From positions 164,176,001-164,240,000 of the forward strand of contig NC_042997.1 in assembly GCF_006345805.1 (NCBI RefSeq): DNA of 64,000 nucleotides, in the 5' to 3' direction. Shown piece by piece: positions 61,230 through 64,000 of this stretch (position 1 is its first letter; each line of letters begins with the position of its first letter). Both the position numbers and the translations under genes were made by a program. This DNA is from Octopus sinensis (taxonomy: Eukaryota). A model generated the notes under the pieces. It was not told where the DNA came from and searched no databases. It worked only from the letters and a program-made list of their open reading frames with translations.

Positions 61230-62043
61230 CCCTTTAATGTATCTTTTTAGAACCAGACAAGTATACTCGGTCAAAATTAACTTTTAATTTTAGCACTCAA
61301 ACGAGTTTTTATTTGTTTTGTGTCATTTCATTTTTGAGCAATCACGAATTTACTCGCATTGTGCATGCCTGCCAGCACATATTCTGGTGCCATTTCAAAG
61401 AATTTATGCTTCTGAGTTTTGAACTTTTACTTCAGTGAATACTCAGATTCAGGAGGAGGTTGATGTCATTTTAGAACTGTCTTGTTTTGATTCTTTATTA
61501 TTTATACAAATAAGAGAATTATTTACGCATTATTTTTCTCAAAATGAATGAGTATTTAGATATATTCAGCGACCACAAAAGCGATTTTTCATTTCATGAT
61601 CTGGAAAGCTCTGGGGATGAATTAGACACATGTGCAAAATGTGCAGAGAAGACAGACGCTAAAGGAAAGAAGATTCAAAGAGAAAGCAGATACATGTGTG
61701 ATGTCTGCAAGATAACTTTGTGTGTAACTCCTTGTATTAAAAAAAATTATCATTCTAAATAAACTGTCTATCTCATTTAAAAAAAATTTTTCTTTGATTT
61801 AAAAGCAATACATCTTATATGCAAATTGAAGATAGTTAAGTTATATGTACTTTTTCAATGTCCGAGTTAACTCATTTAAATCCAAATAAGTAAAAGTACA
61901 TTTTAATTTCTATAATAAAAAATAAAGGAAACAAGATAAAAAACTTGTTTTTGTAATTAACACAGTGTATATAATTAAAAAAGGAAATGAAAAATATGCT
62001 CTGAAATGAAACACCATATCAAAATAATTGATTCATTAAGGGG
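61230..62043 (+). mobile_element. Internally deleted piggyBac transposon
   Basis: TTAA TSD (61226-61229 and 62044-62047). TIRs CCCTTTAATGTATC / GATTCATTAAGGGG. Confidence 0.9.
61544..61762 (+). CDS. 72-aa piggyBac mini-ORF: acidic N-terminus fused to C-terminal Cys-rich domain
   Basis: MNEYLDIFSDHKSDFSFHDLESSGDE + CAKC..RESRYMCDVCKITLCVTPCIKKNYH (CxxC..CxxC..LC..PC...H pattern). Confidence 0.55.
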   Translation: MNEYLDIFSDHKSDFSFHDLESSGDELDTCAKCAEKTDAKGKKIQRESRYMCDVCKITLCVTPCIKKNYHSK

Positions 62044-62588
62044 TTAAAGATGGATCTGACCCCTCGTGGAAAATTCACAGACAATTGATCATGTTGTTTC
62101 TGGCTGTCCAGTCCTCACAGAAATGAGTACCTCATAAGACATGACAGACAAGGGCAGTACATCCAGTGGATGTAGTGCCCGAGATAAGTAGTACAGGCAC
62201 CATCCAGAGGATATAGCAAATGGTGAAGGTATCACCATCCTTTGGAACTTCAAAATACAAACAAACAGAAAAATTGACTCCAATTGACCAGAAATTGTGA
62301 TCAAGGACTACAACAGAAGAACTTGTTTGTTAATAGATATGTCTGTCCCACAACACTGCAACCAAATCTCACAATAAATTGACACAGTACCGGTACTGTA
62401 TTTTATTGATCCCAAAAGGATGAAAAGCTAAGTCACTTTCAGATGTTATAAAGCCTCATTGTGAGTGAAATAAGAAATTAAGCATATTCCTTCTACAGTT
62501 TTGATGTACCGAAAAAGGAATTTGAGCATGTCTTCTCTGAGGAGCAGTCAAAAAGCTGTGAAATGGTCTGTCAGAAGACTCCCCACTC

Positions 62589-62695
62589 TTTTTTCCTCAC
62601 ATTAAAAATGTAGAAGGAATGTGTTTACACTTATATTTCACCTAAACATGGTAGGTGTAAACATTTCTTCAATGCTTCTGATGTGTGGAAAAAAA
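62589..62695. repeat. Small imperfect foldback
   Basis: TTTTCCTCACATT..GAAGGAATGTGTTTACAC is mirrored by GTGTAAACATTTCTTC..GATGTGTGGAAAA. Confidence 0.6.
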
Positions 62696-62934
62696 GGTTA
62701 GTTTTCTAAAGGGCTATAATATATATATGTATATGTGTATATATGATATTTCATATATGTACACACCCCTTTAAATTTTTCTGTCATTTCTTATAGTCTT
62801 ATATTACTTAATTTATTTTTATTACCTTCAATTCTGATTCAGCATACCTTTAATCAAAGGTATTCCAGTTATGACCATCCCAACCCATCCTTTTTTTATT
62901 TATTCTTTTTATTCTCATTGTACATTGGCAGAGA

Positions 62935-63640
62935 AAATAGACATAGGAATGAGCAAAGGAAATAGATGTAGGAACATTAAGGGAAGTCAACCGAAATACT
63001 ACACCAGACTTAAATATACTCCCATACATCTCCACCCATAACCCTAGAAACAACAAAGCCTTTAACATTATCACCCAAAATCTATCCATTCTCACAGGAG
63101 ATAAAACAATGAACAAAATTTTAGGCTCACACAAAATTATCAAGAGCAAAATGCAACTGAAATCATTGAAAAAATATTAACCAATGCAAGACTATATCCA
63201 TTAACAACGGAACCAAAAGTGAAAAAATGCTTTTGACCTAACTGTGGAACATGTCCCCAACGTTTTGGAGGGTACAGAATTCCACTTTAAACAAGGTGAA
63301 ATATTTATGATTAAATCAAAATTCACCTGTGCCTCGGAAAACCTAATCTATGCCCTTACCTGCTTAAGGTGCGGTAATCAAAATATTGGCCAAACAGGAA
63401 TATCACTCCGTCAAAGATCCACTCTTCACAAAGAACAAATCCACCACCCACAATACAGACAGATACAGGTCAGTGAACACATAGATAGGTGTGCTAGGAA
63501 CCTTAATCCTAATTTCCTAATTTTCCCCTTCTATTAATGTTCACAGAACACCTCAGTACAACAAAGAATGAATAAAGAAGCAACTTTCATCAATAAATAT
63601 CATCTACAACTTAACATGAACACAACATAATACAGTACAC
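62935..63640 (+). mobile_element. Penelope-like element GIY-YIG endonuclease fragment
   Basis: FTCASENLIYALTCLRCGNQNIGQTGISLRQRSTLH..VSEHIDRC. Upstream LPYISTHNPRN. Confidence 0.88.
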
Positions 63641-63735
63641 TACTAACCTTACCAATAATGCTACTAACTCTCATAAATTCCTTATACCATTCATATTACA
63701 GTATTATATACCATTTATATTACAGTATTATATAA

Positions 63736-63966
63736 GGCGGCGAGCTAGCAGAATCGTTAGCACGTCGGGCGAAATGCTTAGCGGTATTTCGGCTGCTGTT
63801 ACGTTGTGAGTTCAAATTCCGCCGAGGTCGACTTTGCCTTTCATCCTTTCGGGGTCGATAAATTAAGTACCAGTTAAGCACTGGGGTCGATATAATCGAC
63901 TTAATACCTATGTCTGTCCATGATTGTCCCCTATATGTTTAGCCCCTTGTGAGTAATAAAGAAATA
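63736..63966 (+). mobile_element. Full-length young SINE family B (Nin-like domain)
   Basis: Head GGCGGCGAGCTAGCAGAATCG and core GAGGTCGACTTTGCCTTTCATCCTTTCGGGGTCGATAAATTAAGTACC. TSD AGTATTATAT. Confidence 0.92.
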
Positions 63967-64000
63967 AGTATTATATCAACCCTAATTGCACCATGTCAAG

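Larger units (their letters stand above)
61199..62360 (+). mobile_element. Third Dong/R4 fragment split by piggyBac
   Basis: Removing the piggyBac restores TRNYHANIL|KDGSDP. Followed by TIDHVVSGCPVL and ITILWNFKIQTNRKI..PEIVIKD..CLLIDMSVP. Confidence 0.82.

Noticed and set aside
21132-63810. tRNA-like heads as real tRNA genes
   Set aside because: All continue into SINE bodies and lack complete cloverleaves.

Overview
AT-rich, microsatellite-dense eukaryotic DNA. The repeat complement (CORE- and Nin-type tRNA SINEs, RTE LINE with (TGA)n tail, Penelope, Dong/R4, CR1) points to an octopus/coleoid cephalopod genome; this is an inference from pattern recognition. No intact recognisable host protein gene was found, and most ORF-track entries are microsatellite or TE artefacts. 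DNA transposons with definable ends include two hAT-Charlie elements, a long-TIR Merlin, a Merlin-like MITE, a piggyBac with MITEs, and a Tigger-like MITE, plus mariner remnants. Near 5.7-5.95 kb there is a candidate divergent promoter, followed by a chain of plus-strand exon-like segments. Three observations stand out. (1) A GC-rich Gypsy-type LTR element (30161-33291) carries an uninterrupted ~624-aa ORF built from in-frame duplications and catalytically gutted pol remnants. (2) Five Penelope-associated type-I hammerhead-ribozyme-like folds all have non-canonical cores. (3) An internally deleted piggyBac encodes an in-frame 72-aa N-terminus plus Cys-rich-domain mini-protein. All alignments were done by eye and no database searches were run.
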